The notes under the pieces: generated by a model
The model's input: the letters and a program-made list of their open reading frames with translations, nothing else
Databases searched by the model: none
What the model was told of the DNA's origin: nothing
Assembly (NCBI GenBank): GCA_964411375.1
Contig: CAYPKR010000001.1
Span: forward strand, 40,227 to 104,226
DNA from: an uncultured Candidatus Saccharibacteria bacterium
Lineage (GTDB): Bacteria; Patescibacteriota; Minisyncoccia; Phycocordibacterales; UBA12088
Direction of reading: 5' to 3'
Length of the DNA stretch: 64,000 nucleotides
Program-made: the position numbers and the translations under genes
In this document: positions 27,174 through 36,186 of the stretch, piece after piece
Layout: each line of letters opens with the position of its first letter
Numbering within the stretch: the stretch's first letter is position 1

Positions 27174-27210
27174 AAGTGACACCATTTGCACTTCTTTGGC
27201 GTGTCACTTT
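27174..27210 (-). terminator. hairpin AAAGTGACAC...GTGTCACTTT overlapping the stop codon of the NACHT gene
   Basis: 10-bp perfect arms 27174-27183 and 27201-27210. Stop TGA at 27204-27206 lies inside the right arm. Confidence 0.5.
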
Positions 27211-30200
27211 TTGCCTCGCACTCCGGAGCGTCGACGGACAGCGTGCGACGAAGTCTTCTTTTTTGGTCTTTTTGCAGTATTTTTGACAGTCTTGCGCTTT
27301 GGCGCTGTTGGGCTGTTATAGCAATCGAAGGACATGACCGAGACCTTATTGATTTTCTGAAACGCCTCTTGAATCGTCGAGAGATTTTTAGCGTCCGTGT
27401 TCTTAACTACGAGGAAAATGCCATGCGAGGCACCGTACCCTTGCATGTACGCATCGCGCATCGTTACGTACGAGTCGGACTTCTCAATCGTCTCGACCCG
27501 AGGACTTTGAATGTCACTATTGGAGGTTAGCTTAACTTCAATGACGATCGGACCCGTAAAGCCATATCTCACGAGCAGGTCTGTGCGCTTCTCATTAAGG
27601 AGCTGTGCTTCGCGGGTGATCTCAACCTGAAAACCACGTTTGAGGAGAATGTTTTCAATTTGCATCTTGAGAGTCTTTTGAACCAGCTTTTCGTCATCAC
27701 GACGTTCGCCCGGAGACTTTTTCCTGAGAAGAATATCGTATGCACCCTCTCCTTCGATCCAGCGACGAAGGTCAGTCTCCAGCGCATCCTGAACCTGTCG
27801 GAACAAATCTTCGGAGTTGCGGACTTTCTTGTCACTAAATTCACGAGCATCGTTGTACTTTGTGATGGCTTCGGCAATAGTCTGCGGTTTGCCCAAGTAA
27901 CCAAGATACGACTTTCTTAGATGCGCGAGTCGTCCCGCGAACCAATTCACGCCATCTTGTTCGGACACATTCGCAACTGCAGTCTCCAATTGTTGGAGTG
28001 AATCATACGATCGGCCCTCTTTAAGGTTATCGAAGTAGGCGTAGACGACCTCCCACATGTATTGACCGTATGCATGGAATTGTGGACCGCGGGCCCATAT
28101 CTTAAAGGCCTCATTCAACATATCGAGATAGTCTTGCTCGAATCCCGAATATTTGAGTTCCATCAAGGGCTTGGCAAACGTCTTGCTGTGCGAAATCTCG
28201 TCCTCAAAATCTCCGACGCTATGAACGCGTGCGCCATAGACCTGAGTGAATGGACCGGCTCGTTCAACAATTTGCTTGAGACGCCACCGTATCGCATCAG
28301 CATCGGCATGCGACGTAATGAGTAATCCGCTTGCGATATGCGCGAGCTTTTGGTCACCTGCATCCTTGCTGTCTTTATACTTCTCAAACACCTCCTTCAA
28401 AAAAGAAGCATCTGGAGCCAGCGAATCAAATACAGGCAATGCTTCTTCGCGCACATACTTTTCAATCTGCTCTTCCATAATGAGACCCTTGAGTATGGGA
28501 GCGGCTGCCGTGATGTGGTATTGCTTGGCAGCTTCCACAAAACTCTGCGGCATATGACGCCAGAGATCCGAACTCTTGTTCGTGTACACCTCGAATACTC
28601 TCGTCATCTCCTCTGGCTTGATGTCCTTCACGAGGTCGAAGATGGTGCGTAAATCCTCGTTATACGCGAACGGAATGAGGTTAATGATTTGCTGACGATA
28701 CGGTGATGTATCGAACCCAAGCCGTTTTGCGGCAACAAGTGCATCTCTGAAAATATAGATCGCGGATGCAGTCGTGTATGTTTTTGATCCGTCATGTTGT
28801 GCCGTTATTGTAAGATCAAACTTCCCAGGATCCATGAATTTGAAGACCGTGCCCGACAGCAACTCAAATATCCGCTTTTTGTCATCATTCGAGAGTAGCG
28901 GATCGAGCATATCTGCGTGGTCCGTGTAGAAATCAAAGACATTGGTGCTGTATTTGCCTTCTTCAGGCTCAAGCAAAACTCTAAACTCCTGAAGTAAGCC
29001 CTGACCTCGATCGTCTTGTGGATTCGCCGCGGCTTTTGCCTGTCCCTCCTCCCATTTTTGGTAATCATCCGCAAGGAGCGATCGGCAAGCCTCATAGAGT
29101 TCATTCGCGTTCTTCCTCCTCGAGAACTTGATACGCGTCATTACGGTAAACGCTGAGTACTTCTCTCCCGTATTGAGAAGTGCCTGCACGAAGGGTTGCA
29201 CGTCTTCCAGTTTGATCGTACGGGCAAAGAAACTGTGCGCGAAGTAGAGACCGGTTTTTCCGTCCTCGCTTTCCTTAATGCGACGCACCATATCCATGAC
29301 AAAGCTAGGATCACCTTCGCTCAGAAAATCCCAGAGCCCTTGGAGAAAGACCGATTGCTCGGTGTTATACGCAACACTGTGGTGCACCGATTTCACGAGA
29401 ACTCCTTTAGATAGTTCACGAATCTCGTTATCAGCAACCGCCTTGATACGATCAACAATCACATGATCTTTATCTCGGAAGATCCTCGTGTCGTCGAGGA
29501 ACTCGCGTCGGAAGTTTTCATCATCAATAAAGCGCCTCAAGAAAGCCACCACCGACTCGCGCTTTTTGAATTCAAACAAGCCATAGCGTCCGTGGAAATC
29601 GTCCCGCGCTACTGCTTCGAATACGTGCTGGAGCGTTTTCGGATGATCAGGATCGAGCGCAATACATGCCGAGAGGAATGCCTGCGATACCAATTCATCG
29701 CCCTGCGTCTGGGTGAGCACATCAATGACAGAAGGGTCGCCTAAATCTTCCAGCGCCTCCAGCGCGTGGCGTTGGAGCACGCCGTTTTCATCCTTATCTT
29801 GCGCATACGCGATGAGCTTTTCGCGCCAGTATGGTTTATCAACCGATATTTTATTGCGGAGCAAGTACGCGACCACGTAGCAAATGTTGCCGAGCGGCAC
29901 ATATCGAAACGCATCTTTCTGCGACTCAGCCTCTGTTACCCAAACTTTGAGTTGAGACTCTAGCGAAGGGTCGTAAAAATCCGGGAGAGCCTGCGTAATC
30001 TGACCAGATATCCATTGTCGCGTGCGTCGGTGGTATTCAATGACATCCTTAAAGAGGGCTATGCGGAATGCAGCAGGAACATTGCGCGGATCAACACGAC
30101 TGAGGAAGTGAAAGAAATTTTCATCGAGTACCTTGAACTTGTTACCGCGCAACCCTGAAAACTCGACAAACTGCTCAAGCAGATTGGGCTGCATGTCCAC

Positions 30201-31301
30201 GAGGAACGTAAGCGCGTTAAACCATGTGGGATAGATTTCTTTTACATTCGGATCAACGGCGAATGCAAACGCGGCGCGATTCGGGTCTGCGAAGCGCGTA
30301 ATTTCTTTCGCTGCGAGGTATTCTTGAAATTCTGTGTTCTCAAACTCAATCTTGTCGAGATTTTCATGACTCACTTTGAGCAAGGAATACTCATAGAAAA
30401 CATCTATGCCAATGCTCGAGAGTGCGGCGGTTTTTAGATCGGATTTCAGATCATCGAAAAACGTCATAAGCTCATCTTGCGTAATGACATTCGTTTGGTA
30501 GATCTCCATTCCAAGCGCGAGCTTCTCAAGCACGCGCTTGGTGATGGCTCGCTTGTCCTCATTCAGCTTTTTCTCCTCGAGTTCGAGCTTCTTGTAGATG
30601 AAGTGCTCGAACAGCTCATTGCGGGAGACCTTTGCCGCAGCATCCAAACCCTTCACTTTCAAGTAGTCATCGAGATAAAAGAGATATCGCGGAATCTGAA
30701 TCACGAGCATGCGGTGGCTGAACGACATCATTCGGTTGAGAAGTGTGTCGACATCGCGTTCCGCTCGTCCGGCAGAAATAAGGTACTCGCGTATCTGCGA
30801 GCGCGTAAAAGGTGAGATACTTATGAACCGAAATTCAGGAAAAGAATTCGCGTAGCGGCTGACGAAGACCCAGCGTCCCGAAATGAAAAGCTGAAGTTCA
30901 GGATGCGCTTTTGAAATCTCCTCGATTTTTTGTAACACCGCAGGGAACGTGCTCGACTTTACCTCATCGAGCGCGTCGAGTAACAGGGCTTGCGGCTTTT
31001 GCTCTGCGCCAAGAGCGCTATCTATTTGCTGCAGGGCATCATTGTCTCGTAAGCTAACGAGAACAGTGGTCGTGCCTTGAGCTTCCAAATGCTTATGGAT
31101 TTTTTGCAGAAGAAGGGTTTTGCCGATTCCTGGCTCCCCAACAATTAGGCTGCGGTTACCTTGGGCGAGCCCGTCGATGGCGGTTATTTCCTCATCTTCG
31201 AAGATAGCCAGGCCACCGAATTTATCAAAAAACTCCTTCGCTTCGGCGAAGGTGGTATGCACTTTCGTAATGGGCTGGATATAGATGTCTTTGGGGTTCA
31301 T
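27204..31301 (-). CDS. giant NACHT-type STAND P-loop NTPase with C-terminal PD-(D/E)xK-like motif and Lys/Arg-rich tail (candidate antiphage protein)
   Basis: ORF 27204..31367. The likely start is Met 31301 (MNPKDIYIQ), because the first Met abuts the divergent gene. Walker A LIVGEPGIGKTLLL. NACHT-style Walker B ALLLDALDEV. More than 1000 aa of helical-looking sequence. Near the C-terminus KRTDLLVRYGFTGPIVIEVK fits D-x14-E-x-K. It ends KRKTVKNTAKRPKKKTSSHAVRRRSGVRGKK. Confidence 0.8.
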   Translation of the reverse strand: MNPKDIYIQPITKVHTTFAEAKEFFDKFGGLAIFEDEEITAIDGLAQGNRSLIVGEPGIGKTLLLQKIHKHLEAQGTTTVLVSLRDNDALQQIDSALGAEQKPQALLLDALDEVKSSTFPAVLQKIEEISKAHPELQLFISGRWVFVSRYANSFPEFRFISISPFTRSQIREYLISAGRAERDVDTLLNRMMSFSHRMLVIQIPRYLFYLDDYLKVKGLDAAAKVSRNELFEHFIYKKLELEEKKLNEDKRAITKRVLEKLALGMEIYQTNVITQDELMTFFDDLKSDLKTAALSSIGIDVFYEYSLLKVSHENLDKIEFENTEFQEYLAAKEITRFADPNRAAFAFAVDPNVKEIYPTWFNALTFLVDMQPNLLEQFVEFSGLRGNKFKVLDENFFHFLSRVDPRNVPAAFRIALFKDVIEYHRRTRQWISGQITQALPDFYDPSLESQLKVWVTEAESQKDAFRYVPLGNICYVVAYLLRNKISVDKPYWREKLIAYAQDKDENGVLQRHALEALEDLGDPSVIDVLTQTQGDELVSQAFLSACIALDPDHPKTLQHVFEAVARDDFHGRYGLFEFKKRESVVAFLRRFIDDENFRREFLDDTRIFRDKDHVIVDRIKAVADNEIRELSKGVLVKSVHHSVAYNTEQSVFLQGLWDFLSEGDPSFVMDMVRRIKESEDGKTGLYFAHSFFARTIKLEDVQPFVQALLNTGEKYSAFTVMTRIKFSRRKNANELYEACRSLLADDYQKWEEGQAKAAANPQDDRGQGLLQEFRVLLEPEEGKYSTNVFDFYTDHADMLDPLLSNDDKKRIFELLSGTVFKFMDPGKFDLTITAQHDGSKTYTTASAIYIFRDALVAAKRLGFDTSPYRQQIINLIPFAYNEDLRTIFDLVKDIKPEEMTRVFEVYTNKSSDLWRHMPQSFVEAAKQYHITAAAPILKGLIMEEQIEKYVREEALPVFDSLAPDASFLKEVFEKYKDSKDAGDQKLAHIASGLLITSHADADAIRWRLKQIVERAGPFTQVYGARVHSVGDFEDEISHSKTFAKPLMELKYSGFEQDYLDMLNEAFKIWARGPQFHAYGQYMWEVVYAYFDNLKEGRSYDSLQQLETAVANVSEQDGVNWFAGRLAHLRKSYLGYLGKPQTIAEAITKYNDAREFSDKKVRNSEDLFRQVQDALETDLRRWIEGEGAYDILLRKKSPGERRDDEKLVQKTLKMQIENILLKRGFQVEITREAQLLNEKRTDLLVRYGFTGPIVIEVKLTSNSDIQSPRVETIEKSDSYVTMRDAYMQGYGASHGIFLVVKNTDAKNLSTIQEAFQKINKVSVMSFDCYNSPTAPKRKTVKNTAKRPKKKTSSHAVRRRSGVRGKK

Positions 31302-31369
31302 GCAGGTACATTTTCTCACTTTGGACGGTGAGCAGCAAACAAAGGCATATCTTGCTAAAATCGTCATAT

Positions 31370-31999
31370 ATGAGCCAATTCTCCAGACACACCATCGCTG
31401 AATACCTTCCTGAAATTAAGGGCATTTGTGCCTCTGTTGAAGTGGAAATGGCAAGACATGATCTGGACGGTCTCCTCCAGCTGCAACCCCTCCCCGCCAT
31501 TGAGCAGTACGGGCGCTCAAAGATTGTCTACGCCATGATGCTTGTTGGCGAATGGCTTAAGGACACCCCTTTCAGCACGCACTCGACCTATCTTAAGAAA
31601 AACGACAAAGGTGCAAGATGGGCAGACATGCTCAAAATCCTGAACGCCAAAATCCTTGAGTATCAGAATGACGTGCCCGTGATCGTTCTCAATCTATCCC
31701 GAAGCGGACATATCACGCGCACGGTCGACGGTAGTACGTTCGAGCATGATTTTGAAAGCGACGGCTTCAAAAAAGAAATACTTGTTATGCTTCACGAGAA
31801 CGACGGTTATGTGCAAACAAAAGATTTGAAACAACGCACTGGCTCAAAGAGCACTGAATCTGTGGCAAAAACGATTGCAGCTATAAACAACGTACTGAGA
31901 GCAAAACTTCAGCTTCCTGTAAAAGAAAAAGTAATTGGGAGCAAACGTGCTTCTGGGTATCGTCTCAACCCGCTGTACAACATAGTGATCAAAAATTGA
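31370..31999 (+). CDS. winged-helix DNA-binding protein (OmpR/CadC-type C-terminal domain) with unknown N-terminal domain
   Basis: C-terminal SVAKTIAAINNVLRAKLQLPVKEKVIGSKRASGYRLN resembles the trans_reg_C wing (..LR.KL......I.T.RG.GYRL). Divergent from the NACHT gene by about 68 bp. Start could be later (31448). Confidence 0.45.
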   Translation: MSQFSRHTIAEYLPEIKGICASVEVEMARHDLDGLLQLQPLPAIEQYGRSKIVYAMMLVGEWLKDTPFSTHSTYLKKNDKGARWADMLKILNAKILEYQNDVPVIVLNLSRSGHITRTVDGSTFEHDFESDGFKKEILVMLHENDGYVQTKDLKQRTGSKSTESVAKTIAAINNVLRAKLQLPVKEKVIGSKRASGYRLNPLYNIVIKN

Positions 32000-32119
32000 T
32001 ACTTCCCACATCCGGAGTGGAAAAGTGGCTCTATCGTCCCGAAGCTACGGGATTTTTTGCTGATGCCATTCCAGATGCGTTCCATGTAAATATGGTGCCG
32101 CTTGCGCCATTGTTATTAC

Positions 32120-33394
32120 ATGGCTACAAAATTGCGATGGCACACCGACGAACGCAGAGTTAGCGACCTTGTGCCAAATATTAAAAATCCGCGCAAGATG
32201 TCCCCGAAGCAGATTGAGGACTTAAAGCGTTCGCTTAAGAAATTTGACCTCGTCGAGCTACCGGTCGTCGATACAGACAACAAAGTCATCGCGGGACATC
32301 AGCGGCTCATGGTTCTCAAACTCCTTACCCGCGAAAATGATCTCATTCCTGTACGCGTCCCAAATCGCAAACTTACCCAAAAAGAGTACGACCAGTACCT
32401 CCTTGGGAGTAACCGCATCCATGGTGATTGGGACTGGCAGGCGCTTGCGGACAATTTCGATATTGAGACGCTCCTCTCCTCCGGCTTCGACGACATCGAC
32501 ATGGTGCATATTTTTGACGACCTTGAAGTTGAGGATGACGAGTTCGATGTCGAAAAAGAACTCGAGAAAATCAAGAAACCGAAGTCTAAGACCGGCGAGC
32601 TGTATCAACTCGGTAACCACAGAATCATATGTGGCGACAGCACTGACCCCGGAGTTCTGAAAAAGTTGATGGGTGACAAGAAAGCAAGCTCAATTCTTCA
32701 AGACCCACCATACAACATCTCCCTCGACTACAACAAAGGCATCGGCGGCAAGCGCAACTACGGCGGTACAGTTGACGACGCGAAGCCCGACAAGGAGTAC
32801 AAAAAGTTTCTGAAATCGGCTCTTGAGAATGCACTGTCAGTCTTAGAGAAAGACGCACACGTATTCACATACTGCGATCAGAAGTACATCTGGCTCTTGC
32901 AGACCCTCTACGCCGAGCTCGGTATCGCTAACAAGCGCATGTGTTTGTGGGTAAAGAATAATTCCACTCCCACGCCGCAAGTTGCGTTCAACAAGCAGTA
33001 CGAGCCGTGCGTATATGGCACGGTTGGCAAACCGTATCTGAGCGAGAAAGTACTCAATCTCTCGGAAGTGCTCAACAAAGAAATCGGCACGGGCAACCGC
33101 ACACTGGAGGACATCTACGACATGATCGACATTTGGATGGTTAAACGCCTCAACGGCACAAACTATCAGCACCCTACCGAAAAGCCCCCGATGCTCCACG
33201 AGAAAGCCCTGCGCCGTTGCACGAAGCCTGGCAACATCGTGCTGGATTGCTTCGGCGGTTCAGGATCTCTTTTGATTGCATGCGAACAACTTAAGAGAAG
33301 TGCGTACTTGGTCGAACGCGAGCCCATATTCGTTGACTTGGTAATACGTCGCTATGAAAAACTCACTGGCAACAAAGCGAAAAAGCTCAACTAG
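32120..33394 (+). CDS. ParB-like nuclease domain fused to N6/N4 DNA methyltransferase (phage-type)
   Basis: N-terminal sequence pattern resembling ParB-N (NPRKMSPKQIEDLKRSLKKFDLVELPVV). Methyltransferase motifs LQDPPYNIS (motif IV), HPTEKP and DCFGGSGS (motif I). Confidence 0.85.
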   Translation: MATKLRWHTDERRVSDLVPNIKNPRKMSPKQIEDLKRSLKKFDLVELPVVDTDNKVIAGHQRLMVLKLLTRENDLIPVRVPNRKLTQKEYDQYLLGSNRIHGDWDWQALADNFDIETLLSSGFDDIDMVHIFDDLEVEDDEFDVEKELEKIKKPKSKTGELYQLGNHRIICGDSTDPGVLKKLMGDKKASSILQDPPYNISLDYNKGIGGKRNYGGTVDDAKPDKEYKKFLKSALENALSVLEKDAHVFTYCDQKYIWLLQTLYAELGIANKRMCLWVKNNSTPTPQVAFNKQYEPCVYGTVGKPYLSEKVLNLSEVLNKEIGTGNRTLEDIYDMIDIWMVKRLNGTNYQHPTEKPPMLHEKALRRCTKPGNIVLDCFGGSGSLLIACEQLKRSAYLVEREPIFVDLVIRRYEKLTGNKAKKLN

Positions 33395-34118
33395 GTGCTG
33401 GCAGCTTGGCGACCATCGCCTAGTGCAGGGTGACTCCACCGATCCCGAGATCGTGCGGATGGTCATGGGCATCGAGAAAGCGAATCTCATCTGCACTGAC
33501 CCACCATACGGCGTGGCAGTCGCAGAATCAAAACGCAACTTCCGCACGCTCTCAAAAGACAAGAACATCGCCAACGATCACTTGCAGTCTGATGATGAAT
33601 ATCACCAGTTCTCGCGAGCGTGGCTGGAAGCCATCGCTCCGCACCTCGCCAAGAAAAACAGCGTGTACATCTTTAACGCGGACAAAATGGTGTGGTCTTT
33701 GCGCGATGGTATGGTCGATGCGGGATTCAAGGTGGCACAACTTCTCCTCTGGGTGAAGCAACAATCGGTTATCGGACGCTTGGACTATGCCCCGCAGCAC
33801 GAACTCATCGTGTATGGGTGGTTCGGTACGCACCACTTTAGACGCTCTAAAGATAAGTCGGTGTTGTTCTACCCACGTCCGAACAAGTCTAAGCTCCACC
33901 CGACGACAAAGCCGCTCGGGCTAGTACGTCGCCTTATTCTCAACAGCACGAATATCGGTGACGTTGTCTTTGACGGCTTCCTCGGGAGCGGCACCACTCT
34001 CTTGGCATGTGAACAAACGAAACGCCGATGTTTTGGCATTGAACTGGATTCCGAGTACTGCCAGACCATCATCAAACGCTGGGAAAACATGACCGGCAAA
34101 AAAGCAAAACAAATATGA
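33354..34118 (+). CDS. N6/N4 DNA methyltransferase (second, ParB-less)
   Basis: CTDPPYGV, HPTTKP and DGFLGSGTT motifs. Overlaps the upstream gene by 41 nt. Confidence 0.85.
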   Translation: MKNSLATKRKSSTRCWQLGDHRLVQGDSTDPEIVRMVMGIEKANLICTDPPYGVAVAESKRNFRTLSKDKNIANDHLQSDDEYHQFSRAWLEAIAPHLAKKNSVYIFNADKMVWSLRDGMVDAGFKVAQLLLWVKQQSVIGRLDYAPQHELIVYGWFGTHHFRRSKDKSVLFYPRPNKSKLHPTTKPLGLVRRLILNSTNIGDVVFDGFLGSGTTLLACEQTKRRCFGIELDSEYCQTIIKRWENMTGKKAKQI

Positions 34119-34531
34119 AAAAGACCGATCAAACCAAAGAAGCGCTTCTCGAACAGCTACGAAAAACACCTATCGTGCAGATTGCATGCGAGAAGCTCGG
34201 TATCAGCCGCTGGACCTTCTACCGCTGGAAGAAGGAAGATGCTGACTTTGCCAAGAAAGTCGACGAGGCACTTCTGGAAGGATGCCTGCTGGTAAACGAC
34301 CTCGCGGAATCACAGCTCATCTCCGCCATCAAGGATCGCAATATGCACGCGGTCATGGCATGGCTCAAACACCACCATCCTTCGTACAAAACCAGAGTGG
34401 AGATCGAAGGAAAACTTGAGACGGTGCAGGAAATGACCGACGAACAAAAAGAGTTGGTGCAAAAAGCTTTAGAGTTAGCAAATATTCAGCTAAAAGAACA
34501 TGGAAACGATCAGGGACACTGCGACGTTTGA
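34115..34531 (+). CDS. phage terminase small subunit-like HTH protein
   Basis: HTH IVQIACEKLGISRWTFYRWKK, typical of TerS-like HTH_23/terminase_2 proteins. Immediately upstream of TerL. Confidence 0.6.
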   Translation: MKKTDQTKEALLEQLRKTPIVQIACEKLGISRWTFYRWKKEDADFAKKVDEALLEGCLLVNDLAESQLISAIKDRNMHAVMAWLKHHHPSYKTRVEIEGKLETVQEMTDEQKELVQKALELANIQLKEHGNDQGHCDV

Positions 34532-35996
34532 GGCCATTGCGCAGGATCGTCTCGTGCGGCGTACGGTGACGCGCGAGAGTCACCTCATGTTTTTCTACGT
34601 GTATTTCTCCCACTACGTCACGTATCCAATTGCTGAATTTCAGAAGGACATCTTTCGTATCACCGAGGATCAAAGCAACAAACTCGCGGTCATTGTGGCA
34701 TTTCGTGGATCCGGTAAGTCAACCCTCGTTACCTTTTCATATTCCCTCTGGGCCATGCTCGGCGTTCAACAGAAGAAATTCGTACTCATTATTTGCCAAA
34801 CGCAAACCCAAGCCAAGCAACATCTCATTAACCTCAAGCGGGAGCTGGAGAGTAATATGCTGTTGCGTAACGACCTCGGACCCTTTCAGGAAGAGAACGG
34901 TGAATGGGGTGCTTCCGCTTTAGTGTTCCCACAACTGAAGGCTAAGATCATGGCCGTCTCAACTGAGCAGAGTATCCGCGGCCTCCGTCACAACCAGCAC
35001 CGTCCCGACCTCATTATCTGCGACGACCTTGAGGATATGGCGTCAGTAAAAACATATGAGAATCGTCAGAAGATATACAACTGGCTCTGCGGCGAAGTGA
35101 TGCCGCTCGGAGATCGCAGTACTCGGTTTGTAGTGGTGGGCAACCTCCTTCACGAGGACTCGTTGGTCATGCGGCTACGGAGAGACATTGTCGAAGGACA
35201 GCGCAATGGCACTTTCAAGATTTTCCCTCTAATCACCAGTGACGGAGCGATCGCCTGGCCGGGCAAATATCCGACACCGGAGGCTGTTGCCGAGGAAAGG
35301 ATGAAAAGCGGTAATGAGTATGCGTGGCAGCGAGAGTATCTCCTCAACATTATTCCTGATGAGGATCAGGTCATTCAGAAAGAATGGATCCATTACTATG
35401 ATGCCCTGCCCACTCGGCGCGATACCTACCATGGCATCTTTACGGGAGTTGATCTGGCAATTTCTCAAAAAGAAACTGCGGACTATACCGCCATAGTGAG
35501 CGGACTCATTAGCCACGACGAGAATTTCTGCGTGTATATTCTTCCCAACATGGTGAACCGGCGCATGAACTTTCCGGAGACAATCAAACAACTCAAAGAG
35601 ATTAATGCTGCGAACAAGAAAATGTACTCATCGCATATTTTGGTCGAGGAGGTCGGCTATCAAAAGGCGGTAATCGATCAGCTTGCGCATGATTCTCTGA
35701 ATGTCGAAGGCGTCAAAATCAGCACCGATAAGCGCTCGCGTCTTATATCCATCTCCGCCATGATTCAAAGTGGCAAGATAAAGTTCCCTCGGCATGGCGC
35801 GGAAGCTCTCATACGTCAGATTGTCGGCTTCGGAGTTGAGCGACATGACGATCTTGTGGATGCGTTTACACTCCTTGCCCATCATGCTATTCAATTCGAC
35901 CGAGAGGCTCCTCAATTCTTAGTTATAGACCTCACTCCAAACAGATGGGACGATGGGGAGGGTTGGTTTCCGCTGAGTCTCAACACTCGTTTTTAA
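34500..35996 (+). CDS. phage terminase large subunit
   Basis: Walker A VAFRGSGKSTLV. ATPase and C-terminal nuclease-type architecture. DHGAEALIRQIVGF...DDLVDAF resembles the TerL nuclease C-terminus. Confidence 0.85.
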   Translation: METIRDTATFEAIAQDRLVRRTVTRESHLMFFYVYFSHYVTYPIAEFQKDIFRITEDQSNKLAVIVAFRGSGKSTLVTFSYSLWAMLGVQQKKFVLIICQTQTQAKQHLINLKRELESNMLLRNDLGPFQEENGEWGASALVFPQLKAKIMAVSTEQSIRGLRHNQHRPDLIICDDLEDMASVKTYENRQKIYNWLCGEVMPLGDRSTRFVVVGNLLHEDSLVMRLRRDIVEGQRNGTFKIFPLITSDGAIAWPGKYPTPEAVAEERMKSGNEYAWQREYLLNIIPDEDQVIQKEWIHYYDALPTRRDTYHGIFTGVDLAISQKETADYTAIVSGLISHDENFCVYILPNMVNRRMNFPETIKQLKEINAANKKMYSSHILVEEVGYQKAVIDQLAHDSLNVEGVKISTDKRSRLISISAMIQSGKIKFPRHGAEALIRQIVGFGVERHDDLVDAFTLLAHHAIQFDREAPQFLVIDLTPNRWDDGEGWFPLSLNTRF

Positions 35997-36045
35997 GTTA
36001 CCAACTCCGCATATATAGGCCTACGTGTCATCCCTTGAGGAATGA
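35995..36045 (+). repeat. imperfect direct repeat copy A (AAGTTACCAACTCC...TAGGCCTACGTGTCATCCCTTGAGG), starting in the TerL stop codon
   Basis: 14/14 identity plus about 20/26 in the second block with copy B at 43009-43075. A third 10-mer GGTTACCAAC occurs at 37138. Confidence 0.6.
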
Positions 36046-36186
36046 AGTCTGTGGACGTTGGAAATCTGAGGTACGTGCAGAAACTCTTGGGTATCTGTAT
36101 ACAGCTATTGCGAAAGATCGAGAAAGAATCAGCAAAGCCCAAGAACCAGCCATCGCTCCCGTTTCGAAATAGTCGAAAACGAAAAC

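Larger units (their letters stand above)
32120..35996 (+). mobile_element. phage-derived operon (methyltransferase-methyltransferase-TerS-TerL) lacking portal and capsid genes: prophage remnant or satellite-like module
   Basis: Four co-directional, mutually overlapping genes (ATGA overlaps at 34115 and 34500-34531). No phage structural genes follow. Confidence 0.55.

Noticed and set aside
27186-31000. Multiple 60-120-aa plus-strand ORFs inside 27.2-31.3 kb
   Set aside because: All are antisense to the single long NACHT ORF, which has clear motifs.
36001-36030. AAGTTACCAACTCC...TATATA as a promoter
   Set aside because: Spacing between the TTACCA and TATATA elements is about 8 nt, and copy B lacks the TATA. 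Interpreted as a repeat or att-like sequence instead.
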